Under the pieces are notes generated by a model. The model saw nothing but the letters and a program-made list of their open reading frames with translations. It searched no databases and had not been told where the DNA came from. Position numbers and translations under genes: made by a program. From the NCBI GenBank assembly GCA_964457085.1, contig CAYWDM010000003.1:128514-192513 (forward strand): a DNA stretch of 64,000 nucleotides, in the 5' to 3' direction. The stretch's first letter is position 1; each line of letters begins with the position of its first letter. The DNA comes from an uncultured Pseudomonadales bacterium (lineage in GTDB: Bacteria > Patescibacteriota > Microgenomatia > UBA1400 > PJMF01). This document shows positions 9,858 to 19,927 of the stretch, in pieces.

Positions 9858-10258
9858 AGCGTTTTTACTGGCAGATACTTATTTGTTTATTGCTGCTTTT
9901 TGATCAGTTGAGCAAATATTGGGCAATGTCAAATTCTCAGCAGATTCTGAATAGTGGAGTTTCATTTGGACTTGGTGGTGAAACTGGGGTGTTGCCGCTG
10001 GTTGCATCAGGAATACTATTAATTTGTTTAGGTTGGTATTGGGTGCACTCGGGGAGATCAAATGCATTATTGTTGATTATGGCTGGAGGAGTTAGCAATT
10101 TGCTGGATAGAATCTGGTATGGTGCTGTAATTGATTGGATGGGTATACCAGGTACAGAACTGAGGAATAATTGTGCAGATTATATGATTGCGGTCGGGGT
10201 ACTTTGGCTAGTTGCACAAGTAATTATTGATCAAGTTTCAGTTAAAAAAAATTCGTGA
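9854..10258 (+). CDS. lspA: Lipoprotein signal peptidase II
   Basis: The LspA conserved boxes are present: FDQLSKYWA...NSGVSFGLG, AGGVSNLLDRIWYGAVIDW, and NNCADYMI (the FNxAD box). ATGA overlap with lgt. Confidence 0.85.
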   Translation: MKRFYWQILICLLLLFDQLSKYWAMSNSQQILNSGVSFGLGGETGVLPLVASGILLICLGWYWVHSGRSNALLLIMAGGVSNLLDRIWYGAVIDWMGIPGTELRNNCADYMIAVGVLWLVAQVIIDQVSVKKNS

Positions 10259-10297
10259 TAAGTCAGTACAGTGCTTGGCATTGTACAATACCACCAG

Positions 10298-11182
10298 ATG
10301 TCAAAAATTTCCCCAAAAATTCTACATGAAGACACCGACATTATAGTCATACACAAACCAAGTGGTATGGTGGTTAATGAGGCACAATCAAATCAAGTAC
10401 CCACAATTCAAACTTGGGTCACTGAATATTTACAAACAACTGCACAATTACAAAAACCTGATTGGCAACAATTTGTACCCAGTGACTTTGATGCCACTTA
10501 TGGTTCACCAGAAGATATTTGGCAAGAAAGACAGGGAATCGTTCATCGACTCGATAAAGATACTAGTGGAGTGTTGATCTTAGCCAAGCATCCTGGTGCA
10601 TTAGTCGAGTTACTTCGTCAGTTTCGTTCAAGGGAAGTTAAAAAAACATATACATGTTTGGTTCATGGTGGCATGTCCTTAGCCAAGGGCTTGATTAATG
10701 CTCCCATACATCGTGCTCAGCGTGATCGACGCAAGTTTGCAGTCGATGCCTCTGGCAGACAAGCTGTGACACTATATGAAACTCTAGGGCGATATGAACA
10801 GTTGCGGTGTTTAAGTAAGCAAACACAGGAAGAACCAGCCGACAACTCAGTTTTAGAGGAAGATGACTTATCAGAAGAATCACAGAGAATTCTCAGAAAG
10901 AACCATGATACCTACTTGCAGGGCTTCAGCTTGTTGTCTTGTCAACCAAAAACAGGACGAACCCATCAAATTCGTGTCCACCTAGCACATTTACATCATC
11001 CAGTTGTTGGCGATCAAGTGTATGCGGGAAGACAAAGATGCCAACTTGATGCACTCTGGTGCCCCAGACAGTTCTTGCATGCTAGAGAATTAAAAATAAC
11101 GCATCCACGAACGCATGAAAGTATGACTTTCACGGCTGAGTTGCCAGCAGATCTGACAAAAGTATTGCGACAATTGGTATAG
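10298..11182 (+). CDS. RluA-family pseudouridine synthase (RluD/RluC-like)
   Basis: Catalytic motif HRLDKDTSGVLILAK, and C-terminal TGRTHQIRVHLAHLHHPVVGD. Contains an acidic insert. The first ATG is at 10298. Confidence 0.85.
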   Translation: MSKISPKILHEDTDIIVIHKPSGMVVNEAQSNQVPTIQTWVTEYLQTTAQLQKPDWQQFVPSDFDATYGSPEDIWQERQGIVHRLDKDTSGVLILAKHPGALVELLRQFRSREVKKTYTCLVHGGMSLAKGLINAPIHRAQRDRRKFAVDASGRQAVTLYETLGRYEQLRCLSKQTQEEPADNSVLEEDDLSEESQRILRKNHDTYLQGFSLLSCQPKTGRTHQIRVHLAHLHHPVVGDQVYAGRQRCQLDALWCPRQFLHARELKITHPRTHESMTFTAELPADLTKVLRQLV

Positions 11183-11198
11183 TTTTCTATACTAGCTC

Positions 11199-11855
11199 AT
11201 GATGAGCCTCTCCACAGTTGCCCCAAATAATTCAAATTTAGTTACTTCGGAATTTCCCACAGTTCAGTTCGAAGGAGATAGCACTACATATGTATCTCCC
11301 TCATGGAACCAATTAAGTGGGTTGGCATTTACTGTGGCCACTGCGATTCTTAACCGTGATTTACACTTTGATAGCATTGTTACCCTCGCCAAAGGTGGCT
11401 GGCCAATGACACGTACATTAGTTGATTTTTTGAGTGTTGGCCAAGTTGCGAGTATCGGGGTCAAATTCTATGCAGGTATTAAGGAACGGCTAAAACAACC
11501 TGAGATTTACCAAGATATTCCCGTTTCTGTGTCTGGAGAATCAGTACTATTATTTGATGATGTGGCTGACACCGGGGAATCACTGAAATTTGTGATGGAT
11601 TATCTGGGGGATCGAGGCGTTTCTCGAGTGACTACGGCCTCATTATTTTATAAACCACATTCCATTGTGAAACCAGATTTTTTTGGAGCAGAGGTCACTG
11701 GTTGGATAGTGTTTCCCTATGAATTGGTTGAAACACTGCGAGTTTTAAATCGAAAATGGCGAGATGCTGGACTGGATCAGTCACAAATTATTGCTCGGTT
11801 TACCAAACTGGGGTTCCAGGCCGATCAAGTAAATTGGTATATTTCTAGATTTTAG
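11199..11855 (+). CDS. Type I phosphoribosyltransferase family protein
   Basis: PRPP-binding motif VLLFDDVADTGESL. Confidence 0.7.
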   Translation: MMSLSTVAPNNSNLVTSEFPTVQFEGDSTTYVSPSWNQLSGLAFTVATAILNRDLHFDSIVTLAKGGWPMTRTLVDFLSVGQVASIGVKFYAGIKERLKQPEIYQDIPVSVSGESVLLFDDVADTGESLKFVMDYLGDRGVSRVTTASLFYKPHSIVKPDFFGAEVTGWIVFPYELVETLRVLNRKWRDAGLDQSQIIARFTKLGFQADQVNWYISRF

Positions 11856-11955
11856 GTCATATAAACATGCTGTTAAACATGCTGTTGCGTTATGCGTAGC
11901 GGTTATGTATAATTTTCAACTAAGTTAGTACAAGAATTGTAGCGAAGACACCTCG

Positions 11956-13068
11956 ATGTTTTCGCTCCCAAGCAACGATTCCCTGAGGGGATGGATACCA
12001 AGCGAGCGCAGACGTCGGGGTTTTTTTTATAACAATATGGCATTAACACCTGATCAAGAGCAACGTCACACCATGGGAACATGGCTGGCAGAGCGTGCTC
12101 AGAGGTTTGGATCAGATCTAGGTACGGACAAACAACCAAATCAGCAATCAGTGGATAGCTGTATCCCCATACAAATCTCAAGCAATTTCCGCAAATTGGT
12201 GAAGCGAGCAGATCAAAATCGCAGAGACGAGTTGCTTAGGGCATTCGCTGGTCTTGATGCCGCAGTACTAGCCAGTACCAGTAGAAAGAAAATTGCTGGA
12301 TTAGAAAAATTATTGGTTGCTCTGATTGGTGACCAGGGTAATGGTTTTTTGGCCTCAGCAGTGATGGCAGATGAGGAAATCACCTCAAAATCAGTGATGA
12401 AAGTTGCGAATCAAAAGGCACGAGCCGCGTATTGTAATCACATTGAGCAGACTGGCCAGGCAGTTGACAATCGTATCCTTGAGTTGATTCGGATTTTTCA
12501 AGAGGTCCATGCAGTAGATGAGCATATCTACCAAGAGATTAAAGAGTTTATGCCTAAAGGAATGGCTTTTTTGGGTGCTGATGTTAATTTTTGGACGGTT
12601 AACCCTGACGGTAGCTGGCAACAACAACACAAGCTTGAGCGGCTAAATCGAGAACTAACTGACAGTGAATTTTTACAATTCGCCGAGAAACTAAAAGCAT
12701 ATTATTGTCATCCAGAATTAAAAGAAGTGCGAGTACTTTGGGATATTGGAGTTGTGGCATTAAATGGCGGTTTGCATGAATTTCATGATCAAATTGAGGT
12801 AGTAGCGGAGCCAATTGATGAATATCTATTCTGGCAATATATGCTCGAGGCAAAAGATACCAAACAGTTGTACACCTATAATCCACATTTTGCTTTGATC
12901 GAGTGTTTAATGGCACAAGGAAAAATCAAAACACTTGCAACGCTCTCGAATGAAGAGCGAAAACTAGGTTTAAAGATGGAAAATAAACGCTTTACGCCAT
13001 GTGATGCCGACTTGCAGGTTGTACAAACAGCAGTTAGTGGCAACCGACCACCACGTATTCCGGATTAA
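11956..13068 (+). CDS. Hypothetical protein (start uncertain; 12037 is possible)
   Basis: Long ORF with coding-like composition. No motif I recognise. Confidence 0.45.
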   Translation: MFSLPSNDSLRGWIPSERRRRGFFYNNMALTPDQEQRHTMGTWLAERAQRFGSDLGTDKQPNQQSVDSCIPIQISSNFRKLVKRADQNRRDELLRAFAGLDAAVLASTSRKKIAGLEKLLVALIGDQGNGFLASAVMADEEITSKSVMKVANQKARAAYCNHIEQTGQAVDNRILELIRIFQEVHAVDEHIYQEIKEFMPKGMAFLGADVNFWTVNPDGSWQQQHKLERLNRELTDSEFLQFAEKLKAYYCHPELKEVRVLWDIGVVALNGGLHEFHDQIEVVAEPIDEYLFWQYMLEAKDTKQLYTYNPHFALIECLMAQGKIKTLATLSNEERKLGLKMENKRFTPCDADLQVVQTAVSGNRPPRIPD

Positions 13069-13147
13069 CCGCAAATTGCATTTGCTTGTGGTAGAGTAGG
13101 AGGCAGACATATTTTTTTACATGATAGGTCTTGTAAAGGAGCTTTCA

Positions 13148-14560
13148 ATGTCAGCAGTTAAAAACAAGAATTACATCGTCAACGCTAAACAGGCTGATGC
13201 TGTCACGGATCCTCAAATCAGTGAATTAGTTGAGGCAGAAACACAACGCCAAATCGATAAAATTGGGTTGATTCCTTCTGAAAATAATAGTTCTCCCGAA
13301 GTTTTATCTGTTTTATCAAGCAGTCTTTCTAGTAAATATGCCGAAGGGTATCCTGAGCGAAGATACTATGAAGGCAACCAGTATATTGATCAAATTGAGA
13401 CCTTGGCACAGCAGCGAATCATGACACTTTTCAATGATGGACCAGCAGCACAGTCTGGTGATGATAGTGGCGAGGTAGTTCATGTGAATGTGCAGCCGTA
13501 TTCTGGATCGCCTGCAAATAGTGCTGTGCAGTTTGCATTGCTGCAACCAGGAGACACGTTGATGGGCTTAGCACTATCTTCTGGTGGCCATCTAACCCAT
13601 GGTCAGCCGAAAGTAACTTTTTCGGGTAAATATTTTAAATCCGTATCTTACGGTTTGGGGAAAGATGATCGAATTGATTTTGATCAGCTGCGACAACTAG
13701 CACTGCAGGAAAAACCAAAGCTGATTATTGCTGGTACTACTGCGTATCCTTTCACACTTGATTTTAAAAAGTTTAGAGCCATTGCTGACGAAGTTGGGGC
13801 ATGGCTGTTAGCTGATATTTCTCACATTACTGGATTGGTGGTAGCTGGAGAACATCCTTCACCAGTGCCCTATGCTGATATCATCATGTCTACGACTCAC
13901 AAGACTTTTCGTGGTCCAAGAGGGGCAATGTTGCTAATTACCAAGCATGGTTTAGACCGCGATCCCAAGCTCGCAGATAAAATCGATAAAGCAGTATTTC
14001 CTGGACTACAAGGTGGACCACACAATGCTACTACTGCCGGCATTGCAATTGCTGCATTAGAAGCACAAGATCCTTCATTTAAAGAATACGCTGTCCAAAT
14101 CTGCAAAAATGCCCAAGCTTTGGCCAAGGCTTTGCAGGCAGGTGGACTCAAGTTAGTTGGTGATGGCACAGACAACCATTTACTATTGGTTGATTTGACC
14201 AAAACCCATGGAATTGGTTTTGGCACACAAGCAGCTTTTGCACTGGATGTGGCAGGTATTTATGCCAATCGCAATACCATTCCACATGAACCATGTTCGC
14301 CATTTTATCCTAGTGGTTTGCGCCTCGGGACACCACTGGTAACTACTCGTGGTATGAAAGAAGCACAAATGGAGCAAATTGCTGCTTGGATTGTTGAGGC
14401 TATTAATTGTGTCAAAGAGTGGCAGCTACCAACTGACAAAAAAGCCTATGGTGAATTTGTGGAGCGATTTAGAGAACACGCCAAAGCTGACCTGCAGCTA
14501 AAATTCATCGCCACGCAGGTAGCTAAAATGGCACGACAATATCCACTGTTTGCACAGTAG
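13148..14560 (+). CDS. glyA: Serine hydroxymethyltransferase
   Basis: ELIPSENNSSPEV..., the PLP-lysine region TTHKTFRGPRGAMLL, and GLRLGTPLVTTRG. An AAGGAG RBS is 6 nt upstream of the ATG at 13148. Confidence 0.95.
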   Translation: MSAVKNKNYIVNAKQADAVTDPQISELVEAETQRQIDKIGLIPSENNSSPEVLSVLSSSLSSKYAEGYPERRYYEGNQYIDQIETLAQQRIMTLFNDGPAAQSGDDSGEVVHVNVQPYSGSPANSAVQFALLQPGDTLMGLALSSGGHLTHGQPKVTFSGKYFKSVSYGLGKDDRIDFDQLRQLALQEKPKLIIAGTTAYPFTLDFKKFRAIADEVGAWLLADISHITGLVVAGEHPSPVPYADIIMSTTHKTFRGPRGAMLLITKHGLDRDPKLADKIDKAVFPGLQGGPHNATTAGIAIAALEAQDPSFKEYAVQICKNAQALAKALQAGGLKLVGDGTDNHLLLVDLTKTHGIGFGTQAAFALDVAGIYANRNTIPHEPCSPFYPSGLRLGTPLVTTRGMKEAQMEQIAAWIVEAINCVKEWQLPTDKKAYGEFVERFREHAKADLQLKFIATQVAKMARQYPLFAQ

Positions 14561-14572
14561 AAAGTTTTGAGT

Positions 14573-15511
14573 ATGGTCGCAACCAAACAACCTCGAATTG
14601 GAGCTCATCTCTCTACAAGTGGTGGCATTGATAAAGCTGTGGAGCAAGCAGAACTTATCGGTGCTAATTGTTTACAGGTTTTTTCTGGTTCACCACGAAT
14701 GTGGCGACGGACATCACTGGAAAAAATTGATACTAAAAAATTGTTTGCTAAACAAGTCGAATGTGACGTCACCCCAATTTTTACTCATGCGTTGTATTTG
14801 GTTAACTTAGCTTCTGACAATCCAGAAATTTTAGCGAACTCAGTAATGACTCTGAAACACGATTTGTCGTTTGACGCACACATCAAAGGTGCGGGTGTAG
14901 TTGTGCATGTGGGCAGTCATCAAGGTCGTGGATTTCTAGCAATGCGCGATCAAATCGCCACTCAAATTGCGAACATTTTAGCTAACACTCCCAGCGAATC
15001 GAGGTTTTTAATCGAAAATTCCGCCGGTCAAAACGGCAAAATTGCGAGCGATTTGCATGAGATTTCTTGGTTAATTGAACAGCTAAAATCACCCAGAGTC
15101 GGCTGGTGTCTAGATAGTTGTCATGCTTTTGCCGCAGGTTACGCGTTCTCAAATAATTCATCTGTATATCAATCAAAAGAACCAAAAGAGAGTAATTTAT
15201 TTTCAGACTCAAACGGCTCAGATGTTAGACAATTTCCAGTACTACAAACGCAGATCAAAGAGTTACATTTAGACGAAACTCTGAGCGTGATTCATGTTAA
15301 TGACAGCCGTGATCCGTTTGCATCGGGAAGAGATCGCCATGACAATATTGGTTTGGGCACTATTCCAACGGGCGAACTGGAGTTATTGGTAAACGACCAA
15401 TTATTTACTGGTATTCCATTAATAACTGAGGTCCCCGGAATCACTGGCGAGGGTCCTGATGCTGCAAATATCGCTCGGATCAAAGAGCTGGTAAAATACT
15501 CTGGTGAGTAA
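14573..15511 (+). CDS. nfo: Endonuclease IV (AP endonuclease family 2), carrying an insertion of about 22 aa
   Basis: IGAHLSTSGGIDKA...QVF, CLDSCHAFAAGY, HVNDS..RDRHDNIG. A low-complexity insert sits between the GY motif and the HxND motif. Confidence 0.85.
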   Translation: MVATKQPRIGAHLSTSGGIDKAVEQAELIGANCLQVFSGSPRMWRRTSLEKIDTKKLFAKQVECDVTPIFTHALYLVNLASDNPEILANSVMTLKHDLSFDAHIKGAGVVVHVGSHQGRGFLAMRDQIATQIANILANTPSESRFLIENSAGQNGKIASDLHEISWLIEQLKSPRVGWCLDSCHAFAAGYAFSNNSSVYQSKEPKESNLFSDSNGSDVRQFPVLQTQIKELHLDETLSVIHVNDSRDPFASGRDRHDNIGLGTIPTGELELLVNDQLFTGIPLITEVPGITGEGPDAANIARIKELVKYSGE

Positions 15512-16442
15512 TCCAATTATTTTTGATGGCAACGCTACAGCACAGGCTCGAGAACAGGAGCTATTAGTCTTGTCAGCTCAACTGCGGGCTCAAGGCATCC
15601 AGTCAAAAATCGCGGCCATTTTGTTTCGTGAAGATAAAGGTAGCGTTCTCTATACAGGACTTAAAAGGGATGCTGCGGCCAGACTTGGTATCCAGTATGA
15701 GGTTTATGAATTTTCTTTGACCGCCAGTCCCGACGAAGCAGTTTCTCAAATTCTCAAACTCAATGAAGACAAATTAGTAACTGGTATTATCGTCCAAAAA
15801 CCATGGCAAAAAACTTGGATTTTAAACCAAAAGCAACTTGCTAGTGAAAACCATGCTGAAGCTTTTGCACAGTGGTGGCAGCAATTGGTGGGGGCAGTAG
15901 CACCCAGCAAAGATGTAGATGGACTAACTCCCAGCACCCTAGAATTGATAGCGAAAAACGAGTGGCAAGCTGCTGGTCGAGTTTTGCCTGCAACCTGCCA
16001 GGCAGTAATATCGATAATAGATGCATATAGCAATCTTTTTTCACTACAAAAAACAGCAGAGCGGGGTAGTGCACCAGTAGCAATCATTGGTCGTTCAGAC
16101 CTATTGGGTACGCCTTTATTTTGGGTGTTAAAACATCGTGGTTGCGACGTAAAATTGCTTGGTAAGAAAGAATTTAAACAGGGGATAGAGCAAAAAAAAT
16201 TTTTACATGGATTTGGAACAATAATTAGTGCAACTGGTGTTAGTAAGCTGATTACTGGTGAACTATTAGACGATGGTGTTTGTGTGGTGGACGTGGGTGA
16301 GCCTAAGGGCGATGTTGATTTTGAATCAGTCAAAACTAAGGCCAAATTCATCACACCAGTTCCCGGTGGCGTTGGCCCAATGACGGTTTCTTGTTTGATG
16401 GAGAACTGTCTAAAGTTGTGTCAAATTAAGCGCGATAAATAA
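15504..16442 (+). CDS. folD: Methylenetetrahydrofolate dehydrogenase / methenyl-THF cyclohydrolase
   Basis: N-terminus IIFDGN aligns to the FolD IIDGK motif. C-terminal PVPGGVGPMTV. GTG start overlapping the nfo stop. Adjacent to glyA, forming a one-carbon cluster. Confidence 0.85.
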   Translation: MSNPIIFDGNATAQAREQELLVLSAQLRAQGIQSKIAAILFREDKGSVLYTGLKRDAAARLGIQYEVYEFSLTASPDEAVSQILKLNEDKLVTGIIVQKPWQKTWILNQKQLASENHAEAFAQWWQQLVGAVAPSKDVDGLTPSTLELIAKNEWQAAGRVLPATCQAVISIIDAYSNLFSLQKTAERGSAPVAIIGRSDLLGTPLFWVLKHRGCDVKLLGKKEFKQGIEQKKFLHGFGTIISATGVSKLITGELLDDGVCVVDVGEPKGDVDFESVKTKAKFITPVPGGVGPMTVSCLMENCLKLCQIKRDK

Positions 16443-16472
16443 TTGAGCTATTAGCCAGCTCTTTGATGTAGA

Positions 16473-16934
16473 ATGTTTGATATGACGGAAAATGAATCTA
16501 CGGTTTCAGCAATTATTGGTGGATTGAAGGCTGGTCTTAAGGATGTGAGTGGCATCCACACATTTTCTCAAGAACGTGATCGTGGCGAATCTAGATTTAA
16601 AGCTGCAATTTTAGGTGCTTTTGAATATCTATGTCCTTGTCTTGCAAATTTGGACAAGACAAAGGATAGCTATCCAAAGGACATGCAACAATGGTTGACT
16701 CTTTCTGCAGTCCTCATGGATTTTAGTAACTTGTTTAGTGCAGCTATGGTTACATTGCTTGAGGCAAATGCAGTTTCAAGTGCAAGTGTGATGGAAATTA
16801 TTATGATTGGAATGGCAAATAAAATGACATCCAACCTTGTGCTTAGAGGCCAACGCGAATCCTTTGAGAATTTATCAGATTTAGATAAGAGTGTAATTGC
16901 TAGCCATAATCAAGCTGATTCTGCTAATTCTTAG
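16473..16934 (+). CDS. Hypothetical protein
   Basis: 153-aa ORF with coding-like composition; no recognisable motif. Confidence 0.4.
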   Translation: MFDMTENESTVSAIIGGLKAGLKDVSGIHTFSQERDRGESRFKAAILGAFEYLCPCLANLDKTKDSYPKDMQQWLTLSAVLMDFSNLFSAAMVTLLEANAVSSASVMEIIMIGMANKMTSNLVLRGQRESFENLSDLDKSVIASHNQADSANS

Positions 16935-16962
16935 CAAACTATCTTAGTGAAGGATTTAATCT

Positions 16963-17316
16963 ATGAATCAGTCAAGTGATATTTTGTTACAACAAGTTTT
17001 TGATGGTGTCGAAATTTCTGATGAAGAGTTAGGTCAATTGCAAGGCATGCTGGTTATTAGTCAAACCAAAACCGCAGTTGAGTTACTGCTCGGATTATCC
17101 TCAAACCACACAGAATTGTTGACTAGTATCGCCACACTTTTAAAAAAATACCATGAAGATTTGTCTGTAGATCAACAACAACAGTATGAAACAGCTATGA
17201 CTAGGCAAGCGGCCAACTCGATAGCCGAGATAGTTAAAATTATTCAGCCACACCTTCAAGCAAGCGAAGTTGAAATTGTTCAAAAAAACTTAGCCGTGAT
17301 TTTGTCCGAAAAATAG
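16963..17316 (+). CDS. Hypothetical protein
   Basis: 117-aa ORF; helical, acidic. Confidence 0.4.
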   Translation: MNQSSDILLQQVFDGVEISDEELGQLQGMLVISQTKTAVELLLGLSSNHTELLTSIATLLKKYHEDLSVDQQQQYETAMTRQAANSIAEIVKIIQPHLQASEVEIVQKNLAVILSEK

Positions 17317-17490
17317 AGATGTGCATTGAACTCCAATAGATATGGAATGCCACTACTGCTCTAGCGTCTCTCAAGTGATGATGCTATACTACCGCCCTTA
17401 TACAAATTTGTGTGGGTAGTGGTTTCACTCGTCCTGACTCAAAACCGCCCCACCATTCTGCAGCAGACTGCAGATAAACAAGGACACAAA

Positions 17491-18207
17491 ATGCTAGATC
17501 TCACTAATCTACCAAAAAAAGCTCCTGAATATGATTTAGCCGACCTTCTTGAGGCTGGTTGCCATTTTGGTCACCAAAAGCGCAAGTGGCATCCAAAGAT
17601 GAAACCTTTCATCTATATGGAAAAAGATGGCGTTCATATTTTTGATTTGGCCAAGACCGCTTCACAGCTGCAGGTTGCTTATGATTTTGCCTACCAATTA
17701 GGTAAAGAGGGCAAAACCATGGTTTTCGTTGGTACCAAACGCCAAACTCGTGAAGTTGTTAAAGATGCTGCTACTAAAGCAGGTATCTTGAGCATTTCTT
17801 CCAGATGGTTGGGTGGTTTATTAACCAATTGGGATCAAGTTCGCTTGTCGATCAACCGCATGACTTTCATTGAAGATGGCTTGAAGAATGACAAATTCAA
17901 AGGCTATACCAAATACGAGCGTGGTCAGATTGAAAAAGAACTCGGTCGTTTGGCTCGTTTCTTTGAAGGTATCCGAGCACTTAAGACCAAGCCAGATTGT
18001 TTGTTCATCTTAGATCCAGTCAAGGAAAAGAATGCCTTGGCAGAAGCTGTTAAAATGGGTGTACCAGTCATCGCTTTAGCTGACTCAAATGCCGATCCTA
18101 CTGAAATCGATGTGGCAATTCCAGCTAATGATGACGCAGTACGCAGTGTCACCTTTATCGTTGATCAGGTTGCAGCTGGATACATGGCTGGTCGAGACAG
18201 TAAATAA
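17491..18207 (+). CDS. rpsB: 30S ribosomal protein S2
   Basis: LLEAGCHFGHQKRKWHPKMKPFIY...GVHIFDL. AAGGA RBS before the ATG at 17491. Confidence 0.95.
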   Translation: MLDLTNLPKKAPEYDLADLLEAGCHFGHQKRKWHPKMKPFIYMEKDGVHIFDLAKTASQLQVAYDFAYQLGKEGKTMVFVGTKRQTREVVKDAATKAGILSISSRWLGGLLTNWDQVRLSINRMTFIEDGLKNDKFKGYTKYERGQIEKELGRLARFFEGIRALKTKPDCLFILDPVKEKNALAEAVKMGVPVIALADSNADPTEIDVAIPANDDAVRSVTFIVDQVAAGYMAGRDSK

Positions 18208-18272
18208 TTTTATTGATTTGCATCAAGCCATGCAGGCTGATGCACTCAAAAAAAAACTAACTAAAGGAAATA

Positions 18273-18731
18273 ATGGCAATTACAACAGAAGACGTCAAAA
18301 AACTACGTGAGACCACAGGTGCTCGCATCATGGACTGCAAAAAAGCTTTAGAAGAAGCCAATGGTGATTTCGCTCAGGCTGTGAAGCTTGTCGAGGCCAA
18401 AGGTATGGCTCGTGCCGAAAAAAATCTCGACCGTGAGACCAAAGCTGGCTTCATCGCTAATTATGTGCACATGACTGGCATGACCGCAGCTTTAGTAGAA
18501 GTCGTTTGTGAGACAGATTTTGTAGCCAAGAATCAAGAATATCGTGATCTCGCTCGCGAGGTCGCAATGCAAGTGGTGGCTATGAATCCAGAGTCAGTTT
18601 CAGAATTATTGGAGCAGGAGTTTATTAAAGATCCAAGTAAAACCATTGGTGAGATGCTTAAAGCACTCAGTGGCAAAATTGGTGAGAAAATGGAAATTCG
18701 CCGATTTGTTCGATATGAACTTGGTGCTTAA
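18273..18731 (+). CDS. tsf: Elongation factor Ts (short, 152-aa form)
   Basis: N-terminal UBA-like EF-Ts motif (LRETTGARIMDCKKALEEANGDFAQAVKLVEAKG), and TDFVAKN. It follows rpsB, the conserved rpsB-tsf synteny. Confidence 0.9.
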   Translation: MAITTEDVKKLRETTGARIMDCKKALEEANGDFAQAVKLVEAKGMARAEKNLDRETKAGFIANYVHMTGMTAALVEVVCETDFVAKNQEYRDLAREVAMQVVAMNPESVSELLEQEFIKDPSKTIGEMLKALSGKIGEKMEIRRFVRYELGA

Positions 18732-18753
18732 AAATTGACTAGATTTTGAAATG

Positions 18754-18781
18754 AAAAACCCGCCGAAAGGCGGGTTTTTGG
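18754..18781. terminator. Bidirectional intrinsic terminator between tsf and convergent queA
   Basis: An A-run, then the hairpin CCCGCC-GAAA-GGCGGG, then TTTTT. Confidence 0.7.
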
Positions 18782-18830
18782 TATTGTAGATTGCTCGTTA
18801 ATCAGCTTACATGTTTGAAGAAATTAGCTA

Positions 18831-19922
18831 CTAGCTAATCAACATCCCATCCCCAAAACTGTAGAATCTGTATCCGCTTTCAATGGCGTGCTGATACGCT
18901 TTTCCCAGATGTGAACTCTTGAAATTCTTAAATTCACTTTGGGTATTTGGTTGACTCATGAATGCTGAGACCATCATCAATAAACTAGATTTTGGCAAGT
19001 GAAAATTAGTGATCAAACCATCAATAATTCTGAATTGATAGGGTGGGTAAATATACATTTGGGTTTCACCTTCGCCAGCCCGCAACAGTCCAGTTTTCTG
19101 ATCTGTGCAGCTTTCTAAAACTCGGGTGCTGGTAGTACCAACGGCAATAATTTTTCGACCTTGCAGTTTAGCTGTGTTAATTGCTGTTGCTGTTGTTTCC
19201 GACAAACTAAACCATTCTTTGTGCAGATGGTGTTTAGTAATATCTTCAGTTTTAACTGGCAAAAAAGTCCCCAGTCCCACATGCAGTGTCAGTTCTAAAA
19301 TCTCAATACCTTTTTCCAATAAACGAGATTCAAGTTCGGGAGTGAAGTGGAGGCCTGCGGTTGGAGCGGCAGCTGAGCCAGCAATTTTTGCATAGAGTGT
19401 TTGATACAACTCACGAAGCTTTAGCTCATCACCGCCATCCCAGTGGATATATGGAGGGATGGGAGTTTTACCGAGCTCATATAACGCAGCAAAAAGGGCT
19501 TCTTTACCGAGGTTAAAAGTCATCTCTCGGGTGTAATCGGTAACAGCCGAACAGACGGCAGATAAATCGCCCTGAGACCCAAATGATATTTTTTGATCCA
19601 GTTTAAGCCCCGGTTTGGTCAAACATTCCCAGGTTTCTGTTCCAGTGGCAGTGATGCCAATGCGACGGGTGAGTAGCACCTCCACCAAACCGCCAGATTC
19701 TTTATGTCCAAAAATTCGTGCTGGAATGACTTTGGTGTTATTGCGAACCAATACGGAATTGCTCGGCAACAATTGATCAAGTTCGTAGAAATGGTGATCG
19801 GCCAAATTACCTGTCTGACGATCAATAGACAGTAGATGGCTATGGTCTCTTGGCTCTGCAGGTTTCTGAGCGATACTTGATTGGGGTAGGTGGTAATCAA
19901 AGTCAGTTATGGTCAGTTGCAT
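18831..19922 (-). CDS. queA: S-adenosylmethionine:tRNA ribosyltransferase-isomerase
   Basis: MQLTITDFDYHLPQSSIAQKPAEPRDHSHLL is a QueA N-terminus. The start is taken at the internal Met (19922), not at the upstream extension. Confidence 0.9.
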   Translation of the reverse strand: MQLTITDFDYHLPQSSIAQKPAEPRDHSHLLSIDRQTGNLADHHFYELDQLLPSNSVLVRNNTKVIPARIFGHKESGGLVEVLLTRRIGITATGTETWECLTKPGLKLDQKISFGSQGDLSAVCSAVTDYTREMTFNLGKEALFAALYELGKTPIPPYIHWDGGDELKLRELYQTLYAKIAGSAAAPTAGLHFTPELESRLLEKGIEILELTLHVGLGTFLPVKTEDITKHHLHKEWFSLSETTATAINTAKLQGRKIIAVGTTSTRVLESCTDQKTGLLRAGEGETQMYIYPPYQFRIIDGLITNFHLPKSSLLMMVSAFMSQPNTQSEFKNFKSSHLGKAYQHAIESGYRFYSFGDGMLIS

Positions 19923-19927
19923 TGGAG

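Noticed and set aside
12391-12916. Minus-strand ORFs of 79 and 105 aa inside hypothetical gene 11956-13068
   Set aside because: They are fully embedded antisense to a longer ORF. They have no RBS and a poor composition.
15146-15233. Low-complexity insert in Nfo (SNNSSVYQSKEPKESNLFSDSNGSD)
   Set aside because: Real, but it is a short lineage-typical loop expansion between conserved metal-binding motifs. It is noted in the feature entry, not as a separate finding.
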